From Camelus ferus (taxonomy: Eukaryota): a DNA stretch of 64,000 bases. Positions 38,877 through 52,794 of this stretch are shown here, in pieces (the first letter of the stretch is position 1; each line of letters opens with the position of its first letter). Where the stretch lies: the NCBI RefSeq assembly GCF_009834535.1, contig NC_045697.1, positions 76,014,001-76,078,000 on the forward strand, in the 5' to 3' direction. The notes below the pieces were generated by a model. That model was not told where the DNA came from. It saw only the letters and a program-made list of their open reading frames with translations, and ran no database searches. The position numbers and the translations under genes were made by a program.

Positions 38877-41800
38877 CTCAAGAAGGAACAAATAAAATGC
38901 TGTTAATGTGAATTTGCCACAAACCTTTACAGATTTTAACCTCTACTGCATACAGCACATGTCTTAAGATCTCTGCATTTAATGAATCCACTTTTTTGAT
39001 TTGGTGATGGCTAAAACAGACTGCCCCACGGCAGCCCCCAATCCTCAGACTACGTTAGAGAAGACGTGTACTGTTATTGAAATGTTTAGTTTGTTTCCAG
39101 GTTCATGTGCATGTATGTACAGGGTTACCATGTGAAATACAGCTGATACTCTGGATCATGGTTAAAGAAAAGCGTTCGTTTGAGAAACATCAGGAAGGAA
39201 TGGCCAAACGTGAATTGTAATGGTGGGCAATGTCCAGATCAGGGAAAGATCTGTCATTCTGAAGTGTTTGGTCTTTTTAGTCCACTGTGGGGAGCCGTTG
39301 TATGAACTTACACGAGACTGAACCGTGCTCAGGCTAGCCGGTGCCCCACATGCTCTTGCTGCCAGCCCCAGGAGTCAGGGACGCTCTCTGTCCGCTCGTA
39401 TTCAGTCTGAGGTGCATAAGCCTCTCCAGTTTTACTTCAGACTTTTCAATTCTCAAGATTTTTTTCCTTCGTAACACCTAAGATCTCTAATGTTCACTTT
39501 GGAATGTACACTCACCAAATATTTAAAGGTATTGCTGGTGATAATAGCGTCCAGAAAGGAGATTCCCTAAATCCCCAAAGCTGTAATAACCTTGAGATTT
39601 AGAGAAGTGACTAAAAATAAAACATTGTACAAGATGAGAGAGACAGGAGAGAGCACATCGCAGAGTCCACTCCTTCTCTAAGGAGCGCATCCTCCTCCCC
39701 TGCGCCTTGTGCAGCTGCAGGGGAGCTCCGCTCTGCCTGGGGCCCCGGCAGCCTCAGACCAGTCTCAGCGCTTTGTGCTTGTGGTGTCCTTGTTACCAGC
39801 AGACGTCTCCTTTACAAAGTTAATTCCAAATAGTAGAGTGTGTTCCTTTATGCTTTTTATTTAAGTATAAGGGAACTTTGAGAAATAAAAGGAAGCTCTG
39901 AAATAGTTTAACAATGAAAACTAAACTCTGGATGGTGACTTACAGTCTACAAAGTGCTGTTCAGAGAAGAGCGATCTGTGGCCGGGAGCCGTGAGGATGG
40001 CTCAGCCGGTGCGTCTAAGGGGCAGCGCGCGGTGAGCCCCTCACAGTGAGCTCTGCTGCAAGTTAGCATTCTGATTATCACTGCAGCTACCCCCAGTGTT
40101 GTCCCTCAAAATGACTGCTGACCAGAAGTGCGAAGAAAGTGTCTGTTTACCCGGGTGGCTACTGAACAAACAAACCCAGCAAAAACAAAATGGGAGAAAA
40201 TCAGCCAGAGCGTTGTCAGCGCGAAGGTCGTCAGTGGCAGTTTCAGCTCCTCGTCACTGCAGTATTGACCTTGCCCCTTTGACAGGAAACACACCGGTGC
40301 TGTGGCTTTTTAAAATGTAAGCAGAGTATTTCAGATGCTTCACACCGGAGGGCGGAAGAGCTTGGCAGGGCCCTGGCTTTCCAAGGAGGAAGGAGCAGAG
40401 CCCAGCTGGTGGGGGTGGGGGGCGCCCGCCCCCTCGCCCTCAGACGCCTCTTCCCACCGTGCTTGTGCGTCACAGAGGGCAGAGGTGGTCAGGGTTGCGC
40501 TTGCTGGTGAGGACGGGCCCAGCAGCTGGAGACCACTGCTGTGGTTCAGGAGCAACTGGCCGTTAGCAGCCGGGAGTGTCTGCCGGCTCCCGGGCATCAG
40601 CTGTCCCTCTGCTGGGCCCGTCCCCACCGCAGCCTCAGGCACCCTGCGCAGCTCTCCTTGCTCTCCTGCACTTGGCTGTTCAAGTTGTCCTTCCTCCCCA
40701 GGGCACCCACAGTGCCGCCTCCTCCCTACTTCTCGAGCTGAGCACAACATCACGATGACTAAACCAGTCCTGGCTGGCCACAGTGGCCATTTATCACAAG
40801 GATGATATGTGCTTCCATAGAAAGAATTTTGACATTTCCTAATAAAGCCATTTCTTTCTGTGGTCACGTCTTCCCACTGTTATTTCATTATTTCAGTGTC
40901 CCTCTTACAAATCCTCCTGCAATTTGGCTTCAGAGATGCTCCGTACCACTGCCAACCAAAAAGTGACTCCACCCCACCTGGGTTACTCTCCTAAGGTCAA
41001 ACTGGTATTTAAAGAAATCGGCAAAGAACTGTCTCACTATCAAATGAGGCACCTTGCTTGCACTTGGTTGCTGCTTTAAAATACAGCGTCGTCAGGGCAG
41101 ACCAGTCTTCCAAATGGGAGAAATGGGGGCCTTCCAATGCAGCTTTACAGATACAAAACAAGTCAAATCAAGATTCTTTTCAAGAAACCACAGGCATGAG
41201 GCTCAGGAGACTGGAGACTTCCCACATCTAAGGCTTCACGTGGGGGGCGCGGCCGAGGCTGGGCTGGCCCTGCGAGCCCCAATGCGGCCCAACCCAGTGG
41301 TGGAGTCGGTGCAATCAAAGCTGCAATTACTGCTCCCGCTTCAAAGGGGGCCCCGAGTCCCTTCTCACACATGTCAGGCTTGGGCTCCCTCTGCCAGGAG
41401 TCACCATGTGGGCCATTTGTTGAGTGTATTTGAAGGAGGCACAAGGCAGTGCCCTACCATCACCATCCAGCCGAAACCCCTGAAGCTCTCCTGGATCAAA
41501 CTCCAATCTTGATAAAATATCCCACTAACCAGCTGGAACCAGGAACCCAAATGGGCAGAGTCACTTATTAAGAGCCCAGGTGGGAAAAGGAAATCTCGAG
41601 ATTTCAAGAGGGACCTGTGTCTGGGCACAGACTGAGGCCTTAGGGCTTTTTAGGCCTTGGTTCAGGAGACATGAAGAAGGGGAAAGGGGGAATTTCCTTT
41701 GCTGTAACTGGAAGCCGAGTGCTGCCCCAGCCCCCTCCCCCAGGCTGTCCTCCAGCAGGAGGGTCGAGGAAATCAGCCCACTGGTGAGGCCGAGGTCAAG

Positions 41801-43604
41801 GTGGAAAAGAGGGGGTGGGCGTGTGACTCAGGACCCACTGGGGCAGCAGGGACTGTGCAGGCCAAGCGGGAGCAGCAGAGCTGCCAAGCCCCCCCCCCCC
41901 CACCAACCCGTAGTGTCAGGTCCCATCACTCCTTGTCCAGAGGTGGTGAGGAACCCAACAAGGTGGGTTAGAATAAGAGATCCTCCCCATCCCAAATATT
42001 ATGAGCAAGGAGCAGGAACTTTAAAGTGTTTTTAGTTATGACATGAAATTTGAGGAGAGAGTACTTAGTTTGTGACAGATGAACAGAGGGAGAGATTTTC
42101 ATTCCAAAAATCACCTCACAGCAGCACACCACACACTTCATGACAACTGCCTAGGTTTTTCTGCTTCGTCTCGGGGCAAACCGACAGAAGGCTGTGGGGT
42201 CAGGGTGGGAACTCTAGCTCAGAGAGGCTCGGGCTCCCAGAGCAGGAAGCAAGCGCGACAAGAGCTGGTCTGGCCCCGTCATTCTAGATGGAACCAAGAC
42301 ATTCAGTCGTCGGTAGCTGGTCTGAGGGTCCCCAAGCCCCTGGTTCCATGTAGGTCTGCTGGTGGGGAGGAAGGAAGGACAATGCCTGCTGAGCACGGCT
42401 GTGCCGGGCACGCGTACAATTTCCAGCAATCACACCAGCTCCTATGATTCCAGCCCATTTACAGAGAAGGATGGGGCCGTGTGAGGTGAAAAGCCCTGCC
42501 TACGGTCACCCAACCTACAGCTGGCAGGATTCGCTTTTGAGCCCTAAACCCAAATTCTCCCCAGCAGCCCTTGCAGCTAACCGATCACTCATTCTCTTCT
42601 CACCTGCCTTGCTTCCATGCACCCATCTGTCCATCACTAGTCAACAGCACAGTTAGCCCTGTGGAGGTGGGCTCCACCTAGACCACTGCCCACCCCAACA
42701 TACTATGCTCTGTTTGAAAGCAGGATGAGAGAACAAAGGGCATAAGAAATTAACTTTGAAATGCAAATCTCTAAGATTGAAAGTATAACCTATAAGAGCC
42801 AACTTCAGCTCCTTGAAAGTAACCTTAGTATCTGAAAAAAAGGAAAAATGGTAACGCGTGGTTAGGAAGGTTAGCGCTGAGTCTTCTTTCTGCAGCTGAG
42901 TTAGTCCTTAGTCCCAGCAACCAAGACTAGCCAGTCCCCCAGTCCCCGGGCCACACATTCTGATGCAGGATTCCCAGAACCTGGAGGAAGGGAGGAGGGT
43001 CGGTGCTCTGATGGGTGCCTGGGCCTGGGCTTGGATCTGGGTTACACAGGCCGAGGCTCGGTCACTGAGTCTGCAGTTTCTTCCCCTGTGGGCATTCAGA
43101 ATGGATTAGGAGCAGTGAAAGCAGACCTTGGTGAAGTTGAGATGACGCTGAGGCAGGCCTGTAACTATTAATAAATTGCTCTAGGGGAGTTTCTCCTTCT
43201 GATCAGCCCTGTGTGTCTCCTGTGTGAGGATGCACGTCTCGCTGGCAGGCCAGGCCTCCCAGTGCGGGTCTCACCCACTGGGTGCTCACCTCCGCTAGAG
43301 ACACTGGGAAGTGCCCTTGAGGAAGGTTCTGAATAAGGGGCCTCAAAATCCACTGTAACTCTGCACACTGAAGTGCTTCAGGAGGATAGTCACTGTGGAG
43401 ACTCATCTACCCACTTCCAAATTCTGTATTCAACTCACTTTTCTCTCTACAAGTTCTCCTACATTGAAGATCCCAACTTCAGCTTCTAAAAGCAAGGCAA
43501 CAGAATTAGTGCACACCATTTTTTTTTTCCGAACCAAGGATGTCCAATGTCATACCTGTGTCTGTGTACGAGTCCATGTGTCTAAGTACGGGTGGCCCAG
43601 GGAG

Positions 43605-43815
43605 GTTACAGTGTGTTGTGGGCTCAGAGCAGGAGCTCTGGGAACAGACAGTCTGCAGCTGGGTTTGAACCCTGACCTCCATCATACTACTTGGGGTATC
43701 CCGTGCAAGTTACTTAAACTTACCAAACATAAGTCGCTACACCTTACAAAGCATGTTGAGGGGCTGAAAGGAGGCAATTCGTGTGACAGGCGTGGCGAGT
43801 GCCTGGCATCTGATA
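43605..43815 (+). mobile_element. MIR SINE
   Basis: 'gctctgggaacagacagtctgcagctgggtttgaaccctgacctcc...gcaagttacttaaactt'. Ends approximate. Confidence 0.6.
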
Positions 43816-46800
43816 GGGCACAGGGAGTGGAGACTTGAGTCAAAGAGGGACAGAAGAACAGACCCAGGTCTGGACACCAGCCAGCTGGCCCCGGACGAGT
43901 TACTGACGTTTCCTTGCCCCTCAGTCGGGCAGAGATTCCTCCCCGTACAGGGCTGCCGTGGGAGCGGGATTTAAGGCCTCCAGGAGAGCGCCTGGGACAG
44001 ACTACGGTCCAGAAACGACAGTCCACTTCCCTTGTTCCAATCTCACACAACATGTGCAGGGTAAAGGCAAGATTCATTCTACTTACAGGACTTCTGGTGG
44101 AAAATTAAGACCAATAGAGAATACTGTAAAACCTTTCTTACGAAATATTGTAAAATATCTCATAAAACAGTGTCCCCAGAAACACAATGATAGCTAAGAA
44201 AAGTAATCCCAAGAGGGCAACAGAAAATTTGGTGTTATATTTACAGAGAATGTGTATAAAAATTGAAAAAACCTCAGGTTCGATTTGACTTAAAACTGAA
44301 GCAAGAAAGTGGGCAGTACGGTTTGACTGAAATGCTCCCATTTTCCCCGCATTCTGTCAGAAGAACACAGTGACTCCCTCAGGGCTCACAGCCATTCTAA
44401 GCTGGATCCCCATTCTTCTGGGTGTGTCACCTGGCAGCTTTACTCTTAGGGACACAGTGGAGGAAATGGAAGTACTCACAGGAGTATCAAGAAATTCACA
44501 TTAAAAAAACCCCACATGTGCCCTTCTTAACAGAGTGCCCTTCATACCCCAACTCAGACTCCATTTGCTTTTAATTTATGTATTATTCAAATACGCTTTG
44601 TTTTCTGGTTCCCAAATCTACAAAATGGATCAAAAGGAACATATTTACTACTTTAGGGAAGGGTACCAGCCCAGGCAGAACAGAAAAAATAATAAACTAG
44701 GAAAAGCAGATTTTTAAAACTCTCACATTATTTGAGATCATTTAGAACAGTGTCAAACAGCATCAGTTCTTTGTTGCCATACACCGTACGGTACATCGTA
44801 CACGCTACAGAACAATGGCGCGAGGTATAAAGAAATAGTTAATTTAGATGTAGTCTTGAAGAAAGAGGTGCATCCAAAAGAGTTAAAATTAAAAATTATA
44901 TGTTTTGACACTTAAAGAGGTAAATCTTGAGTTCTCTGGGAAACTCCATCATCTGGAAGAATAATTCTGTTCCAGATTGCTCAGTGAGAAAACCATTCTA
45001 TTGAACCAAATTTGTCCAAAATAGATGTTTTTCTAATTCCATGAACTATTCTTAAGTGCACTGATCTGAACTGCACTTCACGGGCTTTCATGAACAATAC
45101 TAAATATTATGTGTCTCAAGAGCAACGAGCCTCCCCCTTCCCTTCCTCGCCAGAGATTTTTAATGGCACATGGTCACTCTTGCTAGTCAAGGGTCCAGTT
45201 TCCTGTTTCTGTTTGCCAAAGCAACTTAAACACAATTCTAGCTCTTCTGACCATTCAAGAGGGAAAAAGGATTGATGGAAAAGATGCTGCAGCACAGCAG
45301 AAATTTTAAAAGCTTTCACCACAAGTCTGATCCTCTCCTGGCTTTGTCACTAACGCACAGCTGCCTAGATAGAATCACCTGCCTGCTAATCTAACAGGCG
45401 CTGCCGCCAGCTAGTCAGTGAGCTGTGGTGGACATCTGGGCTGCAGCCTGCCTCTGGATCATCCCCATGCCAGCACGCCTGCAGTGGGAGCAGGGAGCCC
45501 CCGGCAGTCGCTCTGTACTGTGTGACCATCTCCTCTGGCCGTGGTTGGTTACGGACTGGGGTAGAATTCTGACCTAAGCTGGGCTAGCCAGTGTCCCTTC
45601 TCTGCAATTTGCAATAATCATCTCTTTGGGAGATGGACACGTGGAACAAAGAACTGAGGAGGCCAATCTACAGAAGGGAAGATGGGATTTGGGGGGAAGA
45701 GGCGGATAGAAGAGGCAGGAAAAGCACTTGGACAGTTTTCCAAGACCACCTCCCAGAATTCTCCTTCGCCTACTGGCACTTCTGTCTTTACCTTCCACAA
45801 GATGCTCCTGTATCCTTAACATAGAGCTCCTTAAGCTGGCGCGGGTTGTTTGTGCTCCTTGTGATCAAAAGGCTCCCATCACAAGAGTGCACATGAGGCA
45901 CTGGAGAACAGTTAGAGCCAAGCACCTGCAGTCCACACACAGTGCCGTTACAGAGTCATCTCGACTTAGGACAGTGTGACCAGGACCGCCTTGCTGTCAA
46001 TGTCTGAACTTCCCTTACTGAGTATTCTCACTACTGAGTCCCTAGTAAGGACACTGTAGTCAAGTGTCACTGTTGTGTGAATTCTCTACAGATTTTCTAC
46101 TAATCTGTGACAGGTTTAGCGAGGGTTTGTGGACAAACACAGAGGGGAGGCAAGGGGAGGCCAACAACTCAGACAGACCCCCATGCCCTAGGCAGAGTAC
46201 ACCTGTGATCCAGACAGGACAGACGACTCGCCTGCAGTCCTTTCCATCAGGATCTGACTGACGGGCAGACGGTCCTGCACTGGGCTGGGCCTCCGTTCAG
46301 AGGCGGCTCCGGCGGAGCTCTGGGACAGCGCTGAGCCGGGTGCAGGTGGCCGTGCCCCAGCTGGTCTCCCTGATCTGGGCGCCTCCCAGGCTCCCTTCCC
46401 CATAGTGCTGAGCCTCCACCGTCTCCTGTTTGGTTAGTGGCAATTCTAGGCCATGGGCTCCGTAAGTGCTTGACACACTTAGTCCCAAAGCATGTGACAA
46501 AAAAAGATGAAAAATGTAAAACGGGTTATTTTTTCACCTTCTCATTTTTATTTCGAGACTTTGGACAAGCCTACCAATTTCTCTAGGTGCTTCCAACTTT
46601 ATCACTTAAGTGCTTGGCTTTGCTTCCTAACTAGACGTGCCAACCTGGGAACAAATGCCCAGAGGCTCACTGATACTTAACGTGGTAGCTGACTATATCT
46701 GTGCTCAGAGCAAAGGTGAGACAAATGTGTCACACTTGCCAGGGCGAGCTTCACGAACTATATGAAATAAGTGTTTCTCTCAAGGAGACTACAGAAAATA

Positions 46801-47619
46801 TTTAGACCACTCCCTGACTCAAGAGGACAGGGCTAATTCTCGTGCATCAGGCAAGGCTCCTGGAAGACCTTCAGGGTCACAGTCCTCAGCACTAATCCTG
46901 AAGAGGACTCTGGTCCAATCAAATGGAAAGCTGAAAATTTTTGTTGTTTTAATTTAAAGATTAAATCCAAACACCACACAGTTAACCACTGCATTCTGTA
47001 CTGGACTAGAAATTACCTCTCCTACACACTTCTTGGCCCAGGGAAATAAAGGCTAAACTTTTTATTTAGTAAAAAACACATTTTAATTTCTCAGTTCAGC
47101 AAATGTACAAGGTAAAGATTATTCCAAAGCCAAAAACATAGTGTATAGGAATAATATGAGTGCTGTGGGTATCTGTATCCATGTGTATCTCAGTGTGTTT
47201 AACCAGAGGTTTTTTGGTTTTTTTTAAAAAATAGCTTGTTTCTACTTTTAAATTAGCTCTTTGAGTTACGCTATTTCACTGTATTTCCTTTGATTATATA
47301 AGAGTATCTTTTCAATCTCTAACATTTTAAGATGGTAGGCTTTTTATGCTTTGCTAAATTAAGTATTAGTAAACCAATTTGTGGAACTGTTTTTAAGTTA
47401 GTAAACTCAGAATAATTCTCTCCAGCTTTTCAAAAATTTAATTCTTTGCTTCTTTAATTACTTATTGAATCTTAAGTCAGGAAGAAAGGGAAGTTTAGTA
47501 TTTGATAATCTCTGACTCCTGACAAACTCTTGAGACGTTACATATTTCAAATCAGATGTATACTAAATACTGGAAACTCATAGCAACTTGATCACTGTTC
47601 TATCAAACCCAAGATGACT

Positions 47620-47905
47620 GGACAGCTCACATGTTACCTACTCCAGGAAGCCTTCCTTGATCTCACTCTCGATTACATACTTCTTGTTCTTTTTTTTTTA
47701 ACACCATACACTGTATGTACTTTCTTCATAGCATAAAACATATTATTTTATAAGTAGCCATTTGTATGCCTGCATCTTCTTAAACTGGGAGCTCCCCTGG
47801 GAAGGAACAGGGTCCGTTTAGCAAGTAACCCCCACTGCCTAAAGCAGTTCTTGACCTGGAGGAGTACACTTCACTGGATGTTTGCAGAGTGAATGAACAA
47901 ATGAT
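47620..47905 (+). mobile_element. L2 LINE 3' relic
   Basis: 'tgttacctactccaggaagccttccttga...gggagctcccctgggaaggaacagg...tttgcagagtgaatgaacaaatga'. Confidence 0.55.
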
Positions 47906-50900
47906 TGGCGTTTATGATACTGGCCTTCCAGCTAGACACAGAAGAAGGTGTGCAGTCTCACAGCTTGAGGTCCTGGGCTCCCAGCATGACCACAAGGGAC
48001 AAGCTAGTCCAGATTCTCCCTTATGAATCTGAATTTCTTAGAAGACCGTAGAGTTTGGGGATCACCTCTAACTTGGGGGAGTGTCTTTTATGGATCCCAC
48101 TTTAATTATCCTAAAATCTGTTGCAAGGTGTTGAGACTGGGTTAACGCTCATTTCTCTGTTTCACCTGACTTCACCAGTGCGAATATTCTTACACAATGG
48201 TCAAAAGCAGAAACACAGGGAGACAGACGGCGGTGAGACCAACTACATAACAGGCCAATTTCTACGCTGGGCTGTGGAGGCAACTGCAGTGGCATTTCCC
48301 ACCAACAGAATGGAAGTATTAAGCCAAACTTTTATCTTATAAGGAGCAGAAACACAAGTTTTCAGAGGGCTGTTTTGTTCATGGAGGAGAGTCTTTTCCT
48401 TATTAGTGGGATTTTTCCCTGTGGCGCACTGTCCCACACTAGTTCAGAGTTAACCAGAGTTCTCTAGCATTTCAGCTACAATGTGGACGTCTAAGCTCAA
48501 AGATCTTTTCAGTTTAATAGGAATTTTCTTTAAGGACACCAGGATACCATTAAGTTTCACTGTACACAGAGAAACCCTCCCCAAAATCTTCACATTGGAG
48601 TCACAGCATCTTCCCTGCCCGGGCACTACGTTCCGTTAGCTTTCCCTTCCTGAAGGGAGGGCGGTGACTTTTGAACTTCCCCTCAGAACTGAAAGTGAGC
48701 CCTGTCAGATTTCACGTCACACTATTTGCAGGATCAATTCTAATCAAACATTTTATCTGTCTTCAGCTTCTTGCTAAGGTGAAGCCAGTACTCATGTGAC
48801 CAAGGTCTGGCAAACGTGACCACATCAGTGGAGAGTGAAACCCCCCAAACCAAAGGCAGCACTCGTTCTGGGGAGGCAGGGCTGATCTACTCAGAAGCTG
48901 AAGAACAAGCACATTGTGGACAAGTCATTTTCCAGATCATACAGGTGCCTTAACGGTTAGAGCCACTGAGACCTAGAATGAGGACTACATGTTAGTAAAC
49001 GTACAAGAGGCCCGAGTCCCTTTAGTAACACTGGGAGGCAGTGCAGCGTGCGGAAGCAAAGCAGACAGGGGAGCTGAGAGGCCAGACAGGGCCCTTCCAC
49101 TCTGGCCCGAAGAACCGGAGTCTCCAGGGTTAAACCAGCTGCCCCAGCCACGCAGCGCGCATAGAGGGCTAATCTGAGTGCCTGGGTGGCCTTGCTCCTA
49201 GTCTGAGCTCCTCCTACACCACGATGCTCTGTCAGGCTGGTCTTTCGTTTCTATGCCACTGCTCTGTCCCAGAACAGCACAGAGAACACCCTCCAGAGGT
49301 AACAGCCGGTAATTACTGAGCCTCACCTCCTCAGAGGGACTTTCCTGACCATCAACCTAAAGCCAGACCCTCAAGTCACTCCCTGCTTTATTTCTATTAC
49401 AGACATATACTTTCCTGTATTTTTAATTTTAAGACTTCCAGGTCTTACAGAACTAACTGGCATTTATTAGGTGCTCACTAAATGCTGAGTAATGACTGAA
49501 CAAGTCAACTACTACACATATAGGAGTTTCTGAATTCCTAAAACAAAGGGGTGGGGAGACAGCAGGGATAGTATCATTCCCAATTTACTGAAATCTTCAT
49601 GAATGCAAATCTGAGCTCCTCTCTGCTTAGTAATTCTTATCAAATGACTGCCAGTGCTGCTGTCTAAAATAGGATAGTGTGGAGGACAGAACTTCAAAGG
49701 CCGTATGACTGATCCAGCAATGAGACGGGAGAGGAACACTGGAGACTCTGATTAAGTGCAGCCCAGCTGGCTGAAGCCTCACCGGCCACTGGTGAGAATG
49801 TTTTTCTTTGGTGGGGGGGCTTTGTTTTGTTTTTCTGGGACAGGGTAGAGGGGACACCTTGACCTTTAGAAAAAAACAAGTAAGTGACAGGAAAGCACAA
49901 TGATCACTATGACATTTTTTAAAAAGAGATACCTGGGACACATTCTAGGATAGAAACGCACTCAGCCTGACTGATCTAAAAGACTATATAACGTTCATCA
50001 TTAAGGACAGAAAACCAAGTAGCAAACTGAAGTGTAGAATTTTTGTGTTATTTTTAATAGAAACAGTTTTAAAGATTTTGGTGCAAACAGCAGACAGTAA
50101 ATGAGTGAATGTTGGTCCTCAGCACATTGCGTTTACCAGGGTTTTCCACTCAAGAGGCAGAGCATAAAAGGGCTGCTGTCTGTACCTGAATGCTCAGAAA
50201 TTCAAAGGACAACAGTCTTAAAAAAATGCAAAAAAAGTACAAAAGCATGTGCTTGCTACTAGAATTACTTCTAGTAATTCTAACTCCATGAGCAACTAGG
50301 GGCAGGGCCTGTGCTCAGAGGGGCCCTCAATTAATAGCTGTTAAAAGCTGAATTAAATGTGAACGCCATCTGAGGTCCTTTTCTGATCCCTTGTTCGGTC
50401 ACCTATGTGAAGGGTTGATCCTCTTTCCACCGGGAGGAAAGCTTGCCTCTCAGCATTAGTTTGGAAGACTTCTGATACCACAAAACCACAAAGATGAAAT
50501 TTTGAATGAAGATCAGGAAAGGTTCACAGAGGAGGGGGAGCAGCTGAGTAAGGTCCTGGTGTGGGTGGAAGGAGGAAGGGAGGCCACATATGCCAGATAA
50601 AGAACCAGAGGTGGGAGGTGTTACTGGTCCCGTTTTACAGGTGGAACATGAAGATTAAAAAGCTCAAGCAGATCGTCCTGGCGAACAGCTGATTTCTATT
50701 TGGTACCCACAATCTCTGCAGGCTCCTCTGGGAAGGTCTGTTCAAATTTCAGCATCAGAATTAGTTCTAAAAGCTTAAGTGGTCGTCTGGTTCAAGTCAA
50801 GAACCAAGTGACCCGCAGGCTAGTGCTCTCCTCCTTAGAAACACCGCGCAGATCTATCCTGTTCTGAGGCCCAGGAAACGGCTTTCCGAGCACCAGGGCA

Positions 50901-52052
50901 GCGCATGCAGCAGCCCCAGTCATCTTGGGGGATGGCAAATAATTTTGTTTGGACTGAGAACAGGACTCCTAGGGCCTGGCTGGAGGCAGGAGAGGGCAGA
51001 GGCAGACCCACACTAACGTGTCTGCACTTTGTCCTGCAGACAGAGGGAAGCACTGACCAGCTCTAAGTCGGGAAGTGACCCAATCAGTTCGTGTTTCAGC
51101 AAATCCCTCAGGGAGGGACACAGAGGATGAACTGGCAGAAAGGAAGTCTGGAGGCAGGACAATTATCCAAAGGGATTACAATAATCCAGATGGAAAGTTT
51201 GAGCACCTGAGCTGGGGCTGTGGCACCAATGAGGGTGAGTGGAAAAGATTTCAGACAGACCCAAAAGCTAGAGCTGACAGCACTGGGATGCGGGCTCCTA
51301 GAGAGAACAGAAGGAGCAGAGCCTCTGAGAGGAACTGTCCCCGGGAGAAGGTGTACACACGTGAGTTCCAAGCTGAGCAAACACTGCAGCAATTTACAAA
51401 GCCAGGTTCCCACCAGCGTTGGTGGTCAAAAGTAAAATAACTACAATAAAAAGAAATGAAATAAATACTACCTACAAAGATGAGAGTGAGATCTAACCAT
51501 GGTTACCAGTAAAGACCTTTACAGCAGAATACAGTCAATTAAGTCCCCACGCCATATTTTTAAATAATAGAAAAAATTAAGCATCTCTATTTTTCTTATT
51601 ACTTTTAAGTCTCTATTTATCATCTCAATTGAGAAGTCTCTACAGAGTAAAAGCTTCTGAGTCCTGGGCTAGTCTGGGCCTGAGCTCCTCAAATGCAGCC
51701 CCAGGTCTGTGGAGTAAGATAGTGTTTTGCCGGTTTTTGTTGCCTGTCTGGTTTTTAGCAGGCAGATTTGCCACTGGTCAGTAAGGAATGGCTGACAAGT
51801 TAGGGGAATGGGAATGGAGAAAGATTAAAGGGGCAAAAGAGGGGAGAAGAGAGATACGCATACTATGTTGCAGACACATAGCCGGTATAAAAACCATCAG
51901 ATGTTTGAAAGCGCTGATTGGATTTTGGTGGAGTTTCCTCTTTAAAAGAGCAATGCTGAATTGCATCAGTATGAGCAAGAAGATTCACAAGCAAGTGCCT
52001 CTGTTTATAACTAACGTCAGCAGTAGGACCAGAGAGTCGTTCTTACCATGTT

Positions 52053-52087
52053 TCAGATGTAGGCAGCTGTCATTCTTGGACCTGTAC
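52053..52087 (-). CDS. LEF1: LEF1 exon 11 coding part, 'B' tail (GTGPRMTAAYI*); whole exon is 52047-52087
   Basis: CAG acceptor, TGA at 52053-52055, ATG|GTAAGA donor at 52046. 41-nt cassette exon. Confidence 0.95.
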
Positions 52088-52745
52088 CTGCAGAAAATTG
52101 TGTCTTTAACAAATTTTTACTGAAGCGGTTTTTGTACATTCCAAACACGTAGTAGCTACAACATCACGTGGACTTGTTTGCTTTACTTTTTATGGTTCTT
52201 ATACCAGCCATTTTTATTTGTGCAGTACAAGTGGAGGCCTTATTTTTAATGCAAGAAAACGGGGAAATAAATAGGGCCTCATGGTTTGATGCCTTGAATT
52301 AATGTACAGGAAAGATAAACCCTACCATGTTTTACATTTTTAAATAACCCCAAATCACAGAAACAATTCTCAAGGGGACACAAAGTGGTATATTACAGAA
52401 TCATCATAAGAAACTGTATTGTAAGCAGTTACGCAGAGAGAGGAACAGAAGTGTTAAAGCAAAGAGAACATGGACAATAAAAAACAAAACCAAAAAACAA
52501 CCACAGCTAACAACCGGGATTCCAGGTCACAGGGTCTGGGAAAGGAGTTTTCAGATGTACCTTCACATAGTCACGTTTAAAAGAAAGGTCTTTTCAACAT
52601 TTTTAAAGAATTTAGGAAGAAAAGCAGAGTTACAGAATCACACGTTACAGCTGAAGAATAAAGCACTGTGTAGAAAGGTGTCGACTACTTTAAAAGGTGT
52701 TTGTCAGAAGCATGAGAATTGACTGGAAAGTCACATGGTGCCTAC

Positions 52746-52794
52746 CTGATGTAGATTCCTGCAGTTTCTCTCTCTTCCTCTTCTTTTTCTTACC
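52746..52794 (-). CDS. LEF1: LEF1 exon 10, basic tail/NLS (GKKKKRKREKLQESTS)
   Basis: CAG acceptor, CAG|GTAGGC donor, 49 nt. Confidence 0.96.

Noticed and set aside
40335..42447. Cluster of 120-175-aa ORFs in LEF1 intron 11
   Set aside because: They overlap on both strands, are rich in Pro/Arg/Gly/Ser, and show no splice structure or homology, as expected in GC-rich intron.
44783..44822. Palindrome ACCGTACGGT and six CpGs in AT-rich intron (similar CCCGTACGGG at 32862)
   Set aside because: 10-bp palindromes are expected by chance in 64 kb, and there is no extended hairpin or recognisable element.
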